From Mobula hypostoma (lineage: Eukaryota), in assembly GCF_963921235.1 (NCBI RefSeq), contig NC_086108.1, forward strand, positions 32,552,001 through 32,616,000: DNA of 64,000 nt, given 5' to 3'. Under the pieces are notes generated by a model, which saw only the letters and a program-made list of their open reading frames with translations, was not told the origin of the DNA and did not search any database. Positions 52,541 to 64,000 of the stretch are shown here, piece after piece (positions within the stretch are counted from its first letter, which is position 1; each line of letters starts with the position of its first letter). The position numbers and the translations under genes were made by a program.

Positions 52541-55500
52541 TACCTCTTCCTAGAGATGCTGTCTGGCCTGCTGCGTTCACCAGCAACTTGTGTTGCTTGA
52601 ATTTCCAGCACCTGCAGAATTCCTCGTGTTTGTGTGGAGATACTGATTGCTTTTCACACAGCACAGTACTGCTATCTTCACCAAGCTTTTTGTAATTCTA
52701 AATAAGGCGATAATGTGAAATTACTTGGGGGTGTGGAAGAAAGATTGTATGATTTATGTGTGTGCATAGATTTGATTATTGGAAGATAAATTTACTGCAA
52801 GAACCAGAAGCAAGATGACTTAAAAGAAAGCAGCAAGCTATGATGATCTGAAATACATTACTTGAAAGACAGACGGAATCAGATTCTTCCCCTCTGCCAT
52901 CTGATTCCTAAATGGACACTGAACCCCTGAACACTATGTCACTTTTAAAATATATACTATTTCTGCTTTTTACATGATTTTTGATCTATTCAATATACAT
53001 ATACTGTAATTGATTTACTTATTTATTAACATTTTATTTTTTTCTTTCTTCTATATTCTTGATTAGCCAGGGCATCAAAGGGTATGGGGTGAATGCAGAG
53101 GAGTGGTGATAACTGGAAGAATTGGATCAGCCCATGATTGAATGGCGGAGTAAACTCGATGGGCCAAATGGCCTACTTCTGCTCCTATATCTTATGGTCT
53201 TATGTATTGTATTGAACTGCTGCTGCTAAGTTAACAAATTTCACGACATATGCTGATGATAATAAACCTGATTCTGAGATTCAACACATTCAACAAAAAC
53301 AAAGTGAATTAAATGAGTATTTAATAGAGAAATGTTGTAGTGGCTGGGGTGTGGGTGAAACAGACAGACCTAGCAATGTTAATTTGATATCTTTCGAATA
53401 TCGAGACATGATGTACAAAATGATTTTCTCCTCTATAGCTTCATGCCATACAGGCAATGAAATTGTGAAGGCAACATAAACTGGCCAAACTGAAATTATG
53501 AAGACAGACTATTAAGTGGCTTGAAACAATCACAGGTAAACAGCAGCAGATACTCGCTACAGAATAATAGCAAAACATACTTAATCACCTGAATCGTTTA
53601 TCCCAGTTTCTAAAGTCAAAAGAAACAGGTCTGTTGCGGGTTATGTAAAAATAAACAAGTGGCTCAAAAGAATATTTGGATTCTTGGTATTACTAAATGT
53701 GAAATATTGATAGATGGTTAAGGACTAACAGGAGATATATGTAACATTTCTCTCATGTAGCTATATATAATTGGACAATTGGAACTGTACTCTGTCTAAT
53801 AATCAAGGCTCGGACATAAAAGGTTGAAAGTTTCCTACAGCTTGAAACACTCTACACTGGCATTTTGTAGCTTGGCAACTCTTGTTACACATTACATTTT
53901 AAATCTGTAATACAGATGGATAACAATTAACTAATTCTTTCTAAGATCCAAAACCAACCAAAATTAGTATTAGCCTAAAGCTGATTAACCTACCAGTGCA
54001 AATTTTGCAATCTCAGCTAAAAGCCTTTCTTAGTCAGGAAAATTAAGGATTACTAACAGTTTCTGGAACTCCAGTGAACTGGGAAATGTTTTATTTAAAA
54101 AAAGAGTTCTCCTGCTGAGGTTAAGATAATCAAGGATAATTTCTGTGCTCAGAACCAGTTGGATTCCAATTGTGCTGGACTAGAAAGCAGTAGTAACAAA
54201 TTCTTATAACAAAAACAGAAAAAAGTACAAGAAGTGCATGTTTTCAGTATGGATGAATAATATAGAAAATGCCATTTAGATTATAAAACTCCCATGGTCA
54301 ACCATTGAGATACTACCTCAAGATTTATTCCAGGAGTAAAAAAAAAGAGTAAACTAGTGATAATTTTTGGGTCATGGTATCCTTCAATACAAAGATGACT
54401 GAAGCCAAGAAACAACCCTGAAAGACAAGATACAATTGTCAAGTAACAAATAGTTAATAACCAAAAAAATCTGAAGGAACTCAGTGGATGGAGAAAAACA
54501 GTGCATCAGGAGGACTGTACAGAAACAATGACAATTCCTTTCCTCCCACAAGTGCTGCCAGATCTACTAAATTCTTCCAACAGATTGTTTGTTGCTCTAA
54601 ATTCCATCATTAGCAAACTTATGTGATACTGAAGAGTTAAATGCTTCAGTAACGATTCCGACAAAAAATTCAAAAGGGACACATTATCTATCACCTTTTG
54701 TCAATAACCAACAACAAGACTATAAAATCAAGAAAGTATTAGTCAAATTCTGACTCTCCCTATCTGCATAACTGGACAATAACCAGAAGGAAATCCTGAC
54801 CAATACTTCCTGGCGATTTCAATGATCTTTTAAAGTACAAACTGAAGGTTTGTTTCAGGATCAACCTATTCTGCAGTCTGAAACGTCGCTAAATTAAACG
54901 GGTTTACAAAGCTTCGTGGCCAATTGTGGACATTTAAAATCTACAAGTTTGCTCCAAAACACTAAAAATTGATTGCCTTTTAATAACCTTTAATAAACGT
55001 TAATATATCTGCTTACGGGTATGTTTTATTGCTTTCATAAACACGGTCTGCAATTACATAAGCAAACAGTTGCGAAGATGATAAACAGCGGAAATGCGAA
55101 AATATTAATGAACGTTAGAACGCCGCTTCCGCAGTTATATACTTAAAAGATCACATTTGGTTTGAGGGACATCCTATTACATTTACTCACAATATTGGGC
55201 AACTTCCATTGGCATCGAAGTACAGAACACGAAAAGGAACCTCTTCCGCGACTTCGTTCATGAAGACATTCTTAAAAGGAACCTGACGAACTTACTAAAT
55301 TATTACCATAGATATTTCATCTAGATATGCTAATATAAAAGAAAAACTAGAAGACCACTCTAAAACAGTGTGCATATGTGTGTTGGGGAGGGGTGGAGAG
55401 AGATTGGGGAGAGAAGAGGGAGAAATAAAGCTGTAAAACCGTCTTCCTCGTTCCTCTTCACAGATCCTAACCTGAAATGTACTTTCGATACGAAACTCAA

Positions 55501-55659
55501 GGCTACTTAAAAAAAAATTCTAGACGCACACAGACATGTAATACGTAGAACTGAAACAAAGCTTGGGGGAACAAATCTGGCCTCGGTGTAAAGTTTGATG
55601 ATGGGGAAGGGGGGGGAAAGGAGATTGATGGTGAACAGGCTTCGAGACAAAGCTGCAGT

Positions 55660-56210
55660 GCGTCAACCATCAGCACTTCCCCACCGTAACCGTAAATAAC
55701 TCAGCTGCGCACTCTCAGCCCCACCGGCAAGCTCACCCCTACGTTTACCGGAAAGAGCCGCGGCGTAGCATAAGCTTGGGCCGTAGATCGAGAGGCGGCC
55801 GAACGGGCGAGATGCCGCGGACTGCAGACTCCGAGGCCCCAACCCGGCTACTGGGCCCAGGCTCCACTCGCCTTACCTCGCCGACTGCTGCTGGCGTGTT
55901 CGCTTGTTTCGCTTTCTCTTCTGGGGGGGGGATGGAGAAAAATCCGAAAGTCGGTGAGTTTTCAGGCCGGCCGGGCGCCACTGATCCCGGCGTGCTGCGC
56001 TTCTGAGGACCTCCGAGCACCTCGCTCCCCACCACCGCTCACTCGCATTAACCACGGATCCGCACTGGCAAAGATGGCCGCCCGCCAGAAGCCGGCGGGT
56101 AAACGTCATGTGCTGCCGGTAAACGCACGCTTGCGTGCGTCACTACGTCCGGACTCCCACGCTCCTCGTAGACGTCATCGTTTCCGGCCCTGTCATCGCA
56201 AGGCGGGGTA
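55660..56210. promoter_or_regulatory. CpG island, PRRC2C promoter
   Basis: Only CpG-dense non-repeat tract in the window; YY1-like aagatggccgcc (56071-56082), several CGTCA half-CRE sites, ETS ttccgg, GC box; no TATA box seen. Confidence 0.85.
55877..56095 (-). other. PRRC2C: Putative non-coding exon 1 of PRRC2C (TSS approximate)
   Basis: Strong donor CGAG|gtaagg at 55877/55876 inside the CpG island, oriented toward the exon 2 acceptor at 17605. Confidence 0.7.
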
Positions 56211-57034
56211 AAGGTTGTTGGGTTACTCCAGCAAGGGTAATGATAAGGTGTCCATACCATTTGGAATGTAGTCTGTATTCTTTTAATATTGAACCCTCCA
56301 AGTTTGCATTTGAAATAAGTATAAGTTATGGTTGCTGACGGCCTTCTACCAGTTCTGCATGAACTATTAGGCATAACACTGTCCTCAGTTTCTTGGAGTG
56401 TTAAGGAGATTCCGCACGTCACGTTTCTACAGATGCACTGTTGCAGGTTTCCTAACTAGTTATGTCATGATCTGGTACAGAAATTATAAGAAAGTGCAAG
56501 AGCAGTGAACTCAGCCCAACACATCATTAGGCACATCAGTCCTGAGGCACTTCCTCAAGAAAGCAACATCTTTCATTAAATTTCCCCATCTGGGCCATGC
56601 CATCTTATAGATGTATCAAGATGGCCCCAGCGACACGTCCTGCACGCAGTTCACAAATACTTAATCTTTTAAAAAATATATCTCTACTACAAATCTGTGT
56701 ACGATTGGAGCCTATACTTCACATTTCGGGCCGACTAGGCGATCTGGTGCTTTCGCTATTTCCGAAGGAATTGGCCGAGGTTGAGAACAGAGTATCCAGC
56801 CTCATGGTGCAAACCCATGATCAGCTCCATTAATCGCCAATTGAAGCGCCGAGCAAGATTGAAATCAGCAAGGACGAGAGTGGAAGCTGAGCTGGTGTTC
56901 AGCACTGTCTGCCTCTGTTTGACCAGTCTCCCTCTCCCTCTGGCTGGTTGCTGCTGGAGGAAGGTGCAGGAGTCTTGGGTTTTGGGCAATTAGCGCAGTT
57001 TAGGGATTGGACTAGTTTTTAGAGGACTCTGCTG

Positions 57035-58775
57035 CTCAGAAATTGGAGGTGCAAAGGGACTTTGCAGATCTAGTGCAGGATTCCCTAAGAGTTAACTTGT
57101 AGGTTGAGTCAGTAGTGAAGAACACAGATGCAATGTTAGCATTAATTTCAAGAGGACTAGAATTTAAGGCAGGCATATACTGCCGAGTCTTTGTAAGGCA
57201 TGGATCAGACAGTATTTGCAGTATTGTGAGCGGTTTTGGGCCCTATATCTAAGTATTGATGTGCGGGCATTGGAGAGGGTCCAGCAGAGGTTCACGAGAA
57301 TAATCCAGGCAATGGAAGTGTTAACACATGAAGAGCACTTGATGGCTCTGGGCCTGTACTTGTTGAAGTTGAGAATAATGAAGTGGGGGGGGGGGGTTCA
57401 TTGAAACCTACCGAATATTGAAAGACCTGGTTAGAGTGTTCGTGATGAAGATGTTTCCAACAGTGGGAGAGGCTAGGATCAGAGGGCACAGCTTCCTTTA
57501 GAACAGAGATGAGAAGGAATTTATTTGGTCAAAGGGTGGTTAACCTGTGGAATTCATTATCACGGACGTGGTGGAGGGAATTCATTGGGTATATTTAAAG
57601 TGGAGGGAAAGGAAATCAGCCAAGACTGTGCAGCAGAGCAAACTTGATGGACCTATGGAAGATGGACCTATGGCTTGATGGAAGAAGCCAGAGAGTGGTG
57701 GTAGAGAATTGCTTCTCTGAGTGGAGGCCTGTGACTAGTGGTGTGCCACAGGGATCAGTGCTGGGTCCATTGTTATTTGTCATCTATATCAATGATCTGG
57801 ATGATAATGTGGTAAATTGGATCAGCAAGTTTGCTGATGATACAAAGATTGGAGGTGTAGTAGACAGTGAGGAGGGTTTTCAGAGCCTGCAGAGGGACTT
57901 GGACCAGCTGGAAAAATGGGCTAAAAAATGGCAGATGGAGTTTAATACTGACAAGTGTGAGGTATTGCACGTTGGAAGGACAAACCAACGTAGAACATAC
58001 AGGGTTAATGGTAAGGCACTGAGGAGTGCAGTGGAACAGAGGGATCTGGTAATACAGATACAAAATTCCCTAAAAGTGCGTCACAGGTAGATAGGGTCGT
58101 AAAGAGAGCTTTTGGTACATTGGCCTTTATTAATCAAAGTATTGAGTATAAGAGCTGGAATGTTATGATGAGGTTGTATAAGGCATTGGTGAGGCCGAAT
58201 CTGGAGTATTGTGTTCAGTTTTGGTCACCAAATTACAGGAAGGATATAAATAAGGTTGAAAGAGTGCAGAGAAGGTTTACAAGGATGTTGCCAGGACTTG
58301 AGAAACTCAGTTACAGAGAAAGGTTGAATAGGTTGGGACTTTATTCCCTGGAGCGTAGAAGAATGAGGGGAGATTTGATAGAGGTATATAAAATTATGAT
58401 GGGTATGGATAGAGTAAATGCAAGCAGGCTTTTTCCACTGAGGCAAGGGGAGAAAAAAACCAGAGGACATGGGTTACGGGTGAGGGGGGAGAAGTTTAAA
58501 GGGAACATTAGGGGGGGCTTCTTCACACAGAGAGTGGTGGGAGTATGGAATGAGCTGCCAGACGAGGTGGTAAATGCGGGTTCTTTTTTAACATTTAAGA
58601 ATAAATTGGACAGATACCTAGATGGGAGGTGTATGGAGGGATATGGTCCGTGTGCAGGTCAGTGGGACTAGGCAGAAAATGGTTCGGCACAGCCAAGAGG
58701 GGCCAAAAGGCCTGTTTCTGTGCTGTAGTTTCTATGGTTTCTATGTCTGCTCCTATGTCTTATGGTCTTATGGAC
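57035..58775 (+). mobile_element. Old CR1 3' fragment (57035-57665, tail 58746-58775) with a younger CR1 (57670-58746) inserted in its 3'UTR
   Basis: Young copy has GVPQGSVLGP..YINDLD..KFADDTK and a (tttctatgg) tail; the old tail tctgctcctatgtcttatgg resumes afterwards. Confidence 0.85.
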
Positions 58776-58779
58776 TAGT

Positions 58780-59540
58780 TATAAAGTGATACAGCAAGAA
58801 TACAGGCCTTTTGGCCCAAATTGTCAATGCTGACCAAGTTGCATAACTGAGCTAGTCCCATTTACCTCCATTTGGTTCCTATCCCTCTCAATCTTTCCTA
58901 TACATTTTCCTGTTCAAATGTCTTTTAAATGTAATAATTGTATCCACCTCTACCACTTTCTCTGGTAACTCAACGCATTATGTAACCATCCTATATGGAA
59001 AAAGTTGCTCCTGGTGTCCCTTATAAATCTTTTCCCTCTTTCTTTCTAGCTTGGCCCTCTGTTTTAGACTCCCTTGCCTGAGAAAATGACTGTGACTATT
59101 CACTTGTTCATGCTCATCATGATTTTATAAAATTCTACAAGGTCATCCCTCTGCCTTCTATGCACCAAAGGTAAAGTCCTTTTCTAACCAGCCTCTCCTT
59201 ATAACCTTCCATTACCGGTAGCATCCTTGTAAATATCTTTTTCACCCTTTCCAGTTTTATGAAATCCTTCAAAAAGCAGTGTAGCTAGAACTATGTACAG
59301 TGTTTCAGCTGTGGCCCCACCAACATCTTGTCCAACTGTATCATGACGTCTCAACTCCTGTGCTTAATATTGCCAATTTTAGTGTCATCGGCAAACTTAC
59401 TAGCAGTGCCTCCTACATTCTCACACAAATTATTAATATAAATGAGGAACATCGGTGGCATAAATCCCTACAGGATTTCACTGGTGAAAGGCCTCCAGTT
59501 TGGAAAAAAATCTCTCTATCACCACCCTCTGTCTCCTACC
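58780..59540 (-). mobile_element. Degraded CR1 fragment
   Basis: Reverse-strand KFADDTKI at ~59375-59400 and CR1 3'UTR-like sequence. Confidence 0.7.
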
Positions 59541-60934
59541 ACAGTACAATCTTCAGGACTCAACGGGGAGTTCAACAGCATGAAATAATCACTAATTCCA
59601 ATATTTTCAGTAACATCTCTTGCATTCATAGTTATTTTCTTCTGATAAATATTCGTCTTCCATTATTTACATTCCTTAGACCTTTTGTTATTCACTGATC
59701 TTGTTACTACTCTCTGTTATCATGCATCATCACTTGTTCTGTCTTTCATTCCCTGCTACCTTCCGCTTTATCAAAAACATTTTCCTTTTTGAAAACCCGA
59801 ACTACCACTTCTTTGCACTTCATAACTTGTTTCATCTCTAATTTTCCCAGTTGTGAAAGAAGCTCAGTACCTTAAAGCATTAACTTCATTTCTGTGTCTA
59901 CAAATTCTGCCTGGTTTGCTGACCTATTTCCAATATCATGTATTGGAGAAACTCAGCAGGTCAGGTCGCACCTATGGAGATGAATAAACATGAATATCAG
60001 GCTGAGAGCTCTCATCCAAAATCTTGTGTTTCAGTTTGTATATGAGTTTGTAGATCTGCAAAGGTTTGACAGGACAGATTCTGAAATTCTGTTTGTCCTG
60101 ACTTCTGAATTCAGAACTAAGAGAAGGGGTCTCAGATTAGATGTTAATAGTGTTTGAATAAAGTGAGGAATTTTATTAGTAGGAATATTCTTCTGTTGGA
60201 CTGTGCACTCTGAATTGTTCACTGTATTTAAGGTTCATAGTTTATTTGGACTATTGTGGATATCGAGAGATATGTCAAATTGAAGGAAGGCGTGAATGGA
60301 TAATATGTGGGAGCAGTCTTAACCTTATTGAATGGTGGGTCCAGAAGCAAGGTGCCATTATTGCCTAATGCCATTATATTTGTAGGTGCATAGAAATGTA
60401 GTTTTATGGATGCAGGTTGCCATTTCACTATATTATTTCATCTGTCATTGCCAATAAAAGTATCGTCCATATTGTCTAGATCATTCGGCTGTATCTTTGG
60501 AAAAAACTTAGTTTATAATCCAGATGTCAAATTGGATTTAGGATATATTTACTAATTTGGGAACCCTATTAACTGGAGGCCGTTTCATTTCCTCAGGACC
60601 CGCATGGCCAAATAGTTTTCTGCTGCAAATCATGTAAGTCAGAAGCTGAGGCCAGTCTACAAATGTATTTTGGGCTCCAGCCAGTTAATTCATGTATGTA
60701 GAATCAGAGGACAGAACCAAGTCATTCGGCCTATCGTGTTTGTGCTATCCACTATCGTGTACAAATGGGCACTTAATCCATTTACCAGCAATTATACTGT
60801 TGCCTTCCATGCCTGCTCCCATTTCCTTCTCAGGCAATGGGAGATCAGATTGCAACCAGCCTCTGGCTGATTCCCTCTAACCCTCTGTTCCTCAGCTTTA
60901 AACCCAAGCTGTTTGATCCTGGACATGTCTAATT

Positions 60935-61212
60935 ATTTATTATCTATTTAGTGTGGAATAGGCCCTTCCAACTGTTTGAGCCACACCGCCCAGCAACCCT
61001 TGATTTAACTCTAGCCTAATCATGGGACAATGTACAATAACCAATTACCCTACCAAATGGTGCGACTTTGAACTGTGAGAGGAAACAGGAGCACCTGGAG
61101 AAAATCCACGCAGTCACAGGGAGAACGTACAACCTCCTTACATAGACAGCGGCAAGAATTGAACCTTGGGTCGCTAGTACTGTAAAGCATTGTGCTAACC
61201 ACTACGCTACCA
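60935..61212 (-). mobile_element. V-SINE (HE1-like)
   Basis: Minus strand: ggtagcgtagtggttagc A-box, ggttcaattc B-box, V-domain, AT-rich tail. Confidence 0.85.
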
Positions 61213-61249
61213 TTGTCTGTCATGGGGAAACATTTCTTACTTTCTTTAT

Positions 61250-61665
61250 TAAGCTTTTTATTGATTTAAAAGGAGCATAACTACAATCAAGAGGAGAATT
61301 TTCTCAAATATATATATATATCTCAGTAACCATACATACCGAGATTAAGATAGACATTGTCAAAATCATGGACATTGTTAAGCTAGTATAAAATACATAA
61401 TAAAAAAAATGAAAACAGCAAATTTCCTCTTATCAGTTCATGAAGAGGAAAGAAAAAAACATTGAGTTTTAAATGGAGAGGGAAAAAAATCCACTACACT
61501 ATATAAAAAAAACAAATTAAAAGGAACTGGGCAGTCCATTTTGAGGATACGACCAAAAAAAAAGAAAGAAAAACTTTCTGATCAAATCTAAAACTTTGAG
61601 AAAAAAAAAGATTGAAAGAGTAATAAATCAAATTAAATGAAAATATTGGATAAAAGGGCGCCATT
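61250..61665 (-). mobile_element. L1/Tx1-like 3' end fragment
   Basis: Minus strand WRPFIQYFHLI* followed by a T-rich UTR and atcaataaaaa. Confidence 0.5.
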
Positions 61666-64000
61666 CTTCCTATCTAGCCTGTTGGTTCTCTTCATAGTTT
61701 GTCGGGTTTACCCTCAACACATGTTGAGAGAATACCCCGTATCATCAAGGGTATATTTTGAAATATAGCTAGTTGCTTTTTAGAATTAGGTCCACTGCAT
61801 CAGGACATGTATGGGGTATGTCTATAAGGAGGAACTAAACTCAGTAACTATCCATGTACCTCCATAGATGCTGCCTGACCTGCTGAGTTTCTCCAGTATT
61901 TTGTTCATTGCTTCAGATCCCAGCATCTGCAGCATCTTCCAACCCCAAGTGAATTACCATGTGTACTTGTTGACTCTCCAATTTTCGACTGGGCGGTGTT
62001 CGGATTGGATCTCCAAGTTTTGAGATTCCCCTTGTGGCATACTAGTGCTATTTAAAGAAGTTCCCTTCGGAGCACACTCTTCTACTACCAAGTTCCCAGG
62101 AGTTCCTCAGATCCAGCACTTAAATAGACATTTGTACATTGCAGCACTCTTCAAATGCTGGCGAGTATTAATGCCTGAAGAATGAATGTTGCAAGAGAAA
62201 GGAGAGAGAGAGAGATCAAGCTCTCAGGATTTCAGTAGGACCTGGTAGGCTGGTGAAGGACATTCCCATGGGTGGCAAGCTCTTTGAGGAAGGAGCCACG
62301 GTGAACCTCCAGGCCTACAGCTGGGTCCTCCATGCAGGAGGACTTTATACAGAGTAAGTCACATGTCAGTGTGTCAGCTCCATAGTATCCAAGACATCTT
62401 CAAAGACCAGTGCCTTAGGAAAGCAGCATCCATCATTAAGGATCCCTGCCACCCAGGACATGCCCCCTTCTCATTGTTAGTCAGAAAGGAGGTACAGAAG
62501 CCCGAAGGCACACTCTCAGTGATTCAGGAACAGCTTCTTCTCCACTGCCATACGATTCCTAAATGAACCCATGAATACTACCTCACTACATTTTTACTTC
62601 TATTTTTTTCTCCTACTTATTTTAATTTAACTATTTAATAGATATTTGTATACTTACTTTTATTCAGTTTTTTTCTCTACATTTATCATGTACTTCATTG
62701 TACTGCTGCTGTAAAAACAAATTTCATGACATATGCCAGTGACATTAAACTTGATACTGATTCTGATGTTAGGGAAAACCTGCAATGATAGCAAATCCCT
62801 GCTTCTGTGGGCCCAAAGCAGATAAATCTCTCCTCAAGTATGGAGATAAAGTGCCGTCTCTAATGCAGCAGTGAGGAGGAAACTGTGATATGTGGTAGAG
62901 ACGAATGGTCGCAGCCTGGGATGATCCCTAGGCTCGGGAGCGGAGGGTGTCTATGTCCTTGATCTCCACAGGCAAAGGGATGTACGTGTGTCTATACTTG
63001 AGTCTGCAGGTTACAGATCTCAGCGAGGGCTATCTTAGTAAGCCCAGACCCGGGCAGGCATTACTGTTCATTGATGTATTGCGCGACGAGACTTCCTGTG
63101 GCTCCCGCTACATAACATTTGCTGTTGCCTTGATGTCTCTGATACCTAAGATGCATCTCCTTGCCACTGATAGAATGGTGGATGTGGGCAAATACCCATT
63201 AAAAATCAGTTCCTGAATGGAGAAAATCTATTGATGATATAAAGAACACTAAAATGTGACCAGTGCCCAGAGTAAGCAGTTAGAATCCAGAGTGCTGTGG
63301 AGAATGTTAACGAACGGTACACTCCGAGTACTGGCCGCTTTATAAAGAGTTATTTCAGGAGGAAAATCATGAGCAGAAGTTACTGGCCCTGCATGTGAGT
63401 AAGAGCTTTTGTTCTACAGATCAATGAGGTTGAAAATCAGGCTGAAGATAAAAACTGAGCCTTGCATTTTTCTTTAATGTCATTGGGGAGACTTTAATCA
63501 AATTTTATTTCCTAGTTCTGACAAAGATCCTACTGCATATTCCGTAATGGAATTTCCCACTGACTAGGTGTGCAGAAATATGAAATATTTTATTACTCTC
63601 TGGATTAAACCTTCTTCAATTGTATATCACTGTTCTATTGAGCATTATGAGAAATATTTTACAAGTCTCATTGCTTTGTTTGCTCGATTTTTAGTCTTAT
63701 TCACTTTTAGTATCTTTAACCAATCTTCAAATTCTCAGGCTCTTCACCATCTCTTTGACTTCCCTCATTTTTTTTAAAGAAGCATACGGTATGCTTCATC
63801 AGGGACCTTACTTCCATCATAGGGTCAAAGCTGGGTATGTTCACTGATATTTGCCCAATGTTGAGTTCTATTTGCAAATCTTCAGCAAATGAAGCAGTCC
63901 TTGCCCACATGCAGCAGAATCTAAATATTTCAGGTATGTGCATATAAGTGACAAGTAAAACTTATATCATGGAAATTCTAGTCAATGAGAGAGTCTCAAA

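Larger units (their letters stand above)
50989..52629 (+). mobile_element. Penelope-like element: inverted pLTR, ORF C-terminus with GIY-YIG, pLTR
   Basis: GVIYCVR..CGLLYTGET..EH..PVATHFN..EQHLIFRLGSLQPDGMN; arms 50989-51513 and 52032-52596 are inverted; 16-bp TSD ttgtgtggagatactg. Confidence 0.9.

Noticed and set aside
55745..56422. ORFs over the CpG island
   Set aside because: Expected in GC-rich stop-poor sequence; no homology recognised
56300..64000. A neighbouring protein-coding gene upstream of PRRC2C
   Set aside because: Only repeat fragments and unassignable sequence; no splice-consistent exon chain

Overview
Vertebrate genomic DNA, most likely a cartilaginous fish or ray (inferred from the repeat content: CR1 LINEs, V-SINEs, Penelope-derived elements). 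The window holds the 5' part of a PRRC2C (BAT2L2) gene on the minus strand. A CpG-island promoter and likely non-coding exon 1 lie at about 55.9-56.2 kb, followed by a ~38 kb intron 1. Thirteen phase-consistent coding exons run from the ATG at 17546 to 101 (2467 nt, ~822 codons), and the gene continues off the left edge. Introns are packed with mobile DNA: a young CR1 with an uninterrupted ORF2, a two-LTR Gmr1-like Gypsy element with a 29x21-bp heptad-coding minisatellite in gag, Tc1, pogo and hAT DNA transposons, Rex1/Babar, V-SINEs, and many Penelope-like pieces carrying minimal hammerhead-ribozyme motifs in tandem, inverted and fold-back forms. Leading hypotheses are uORF-based autoregulation of PRRC2C, the ribozyme-bearing Penelope derivatives, and the gag heptad expansion. 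All calls were made by eye with no database searches, and repeat boundaries without TSDs are approximate.
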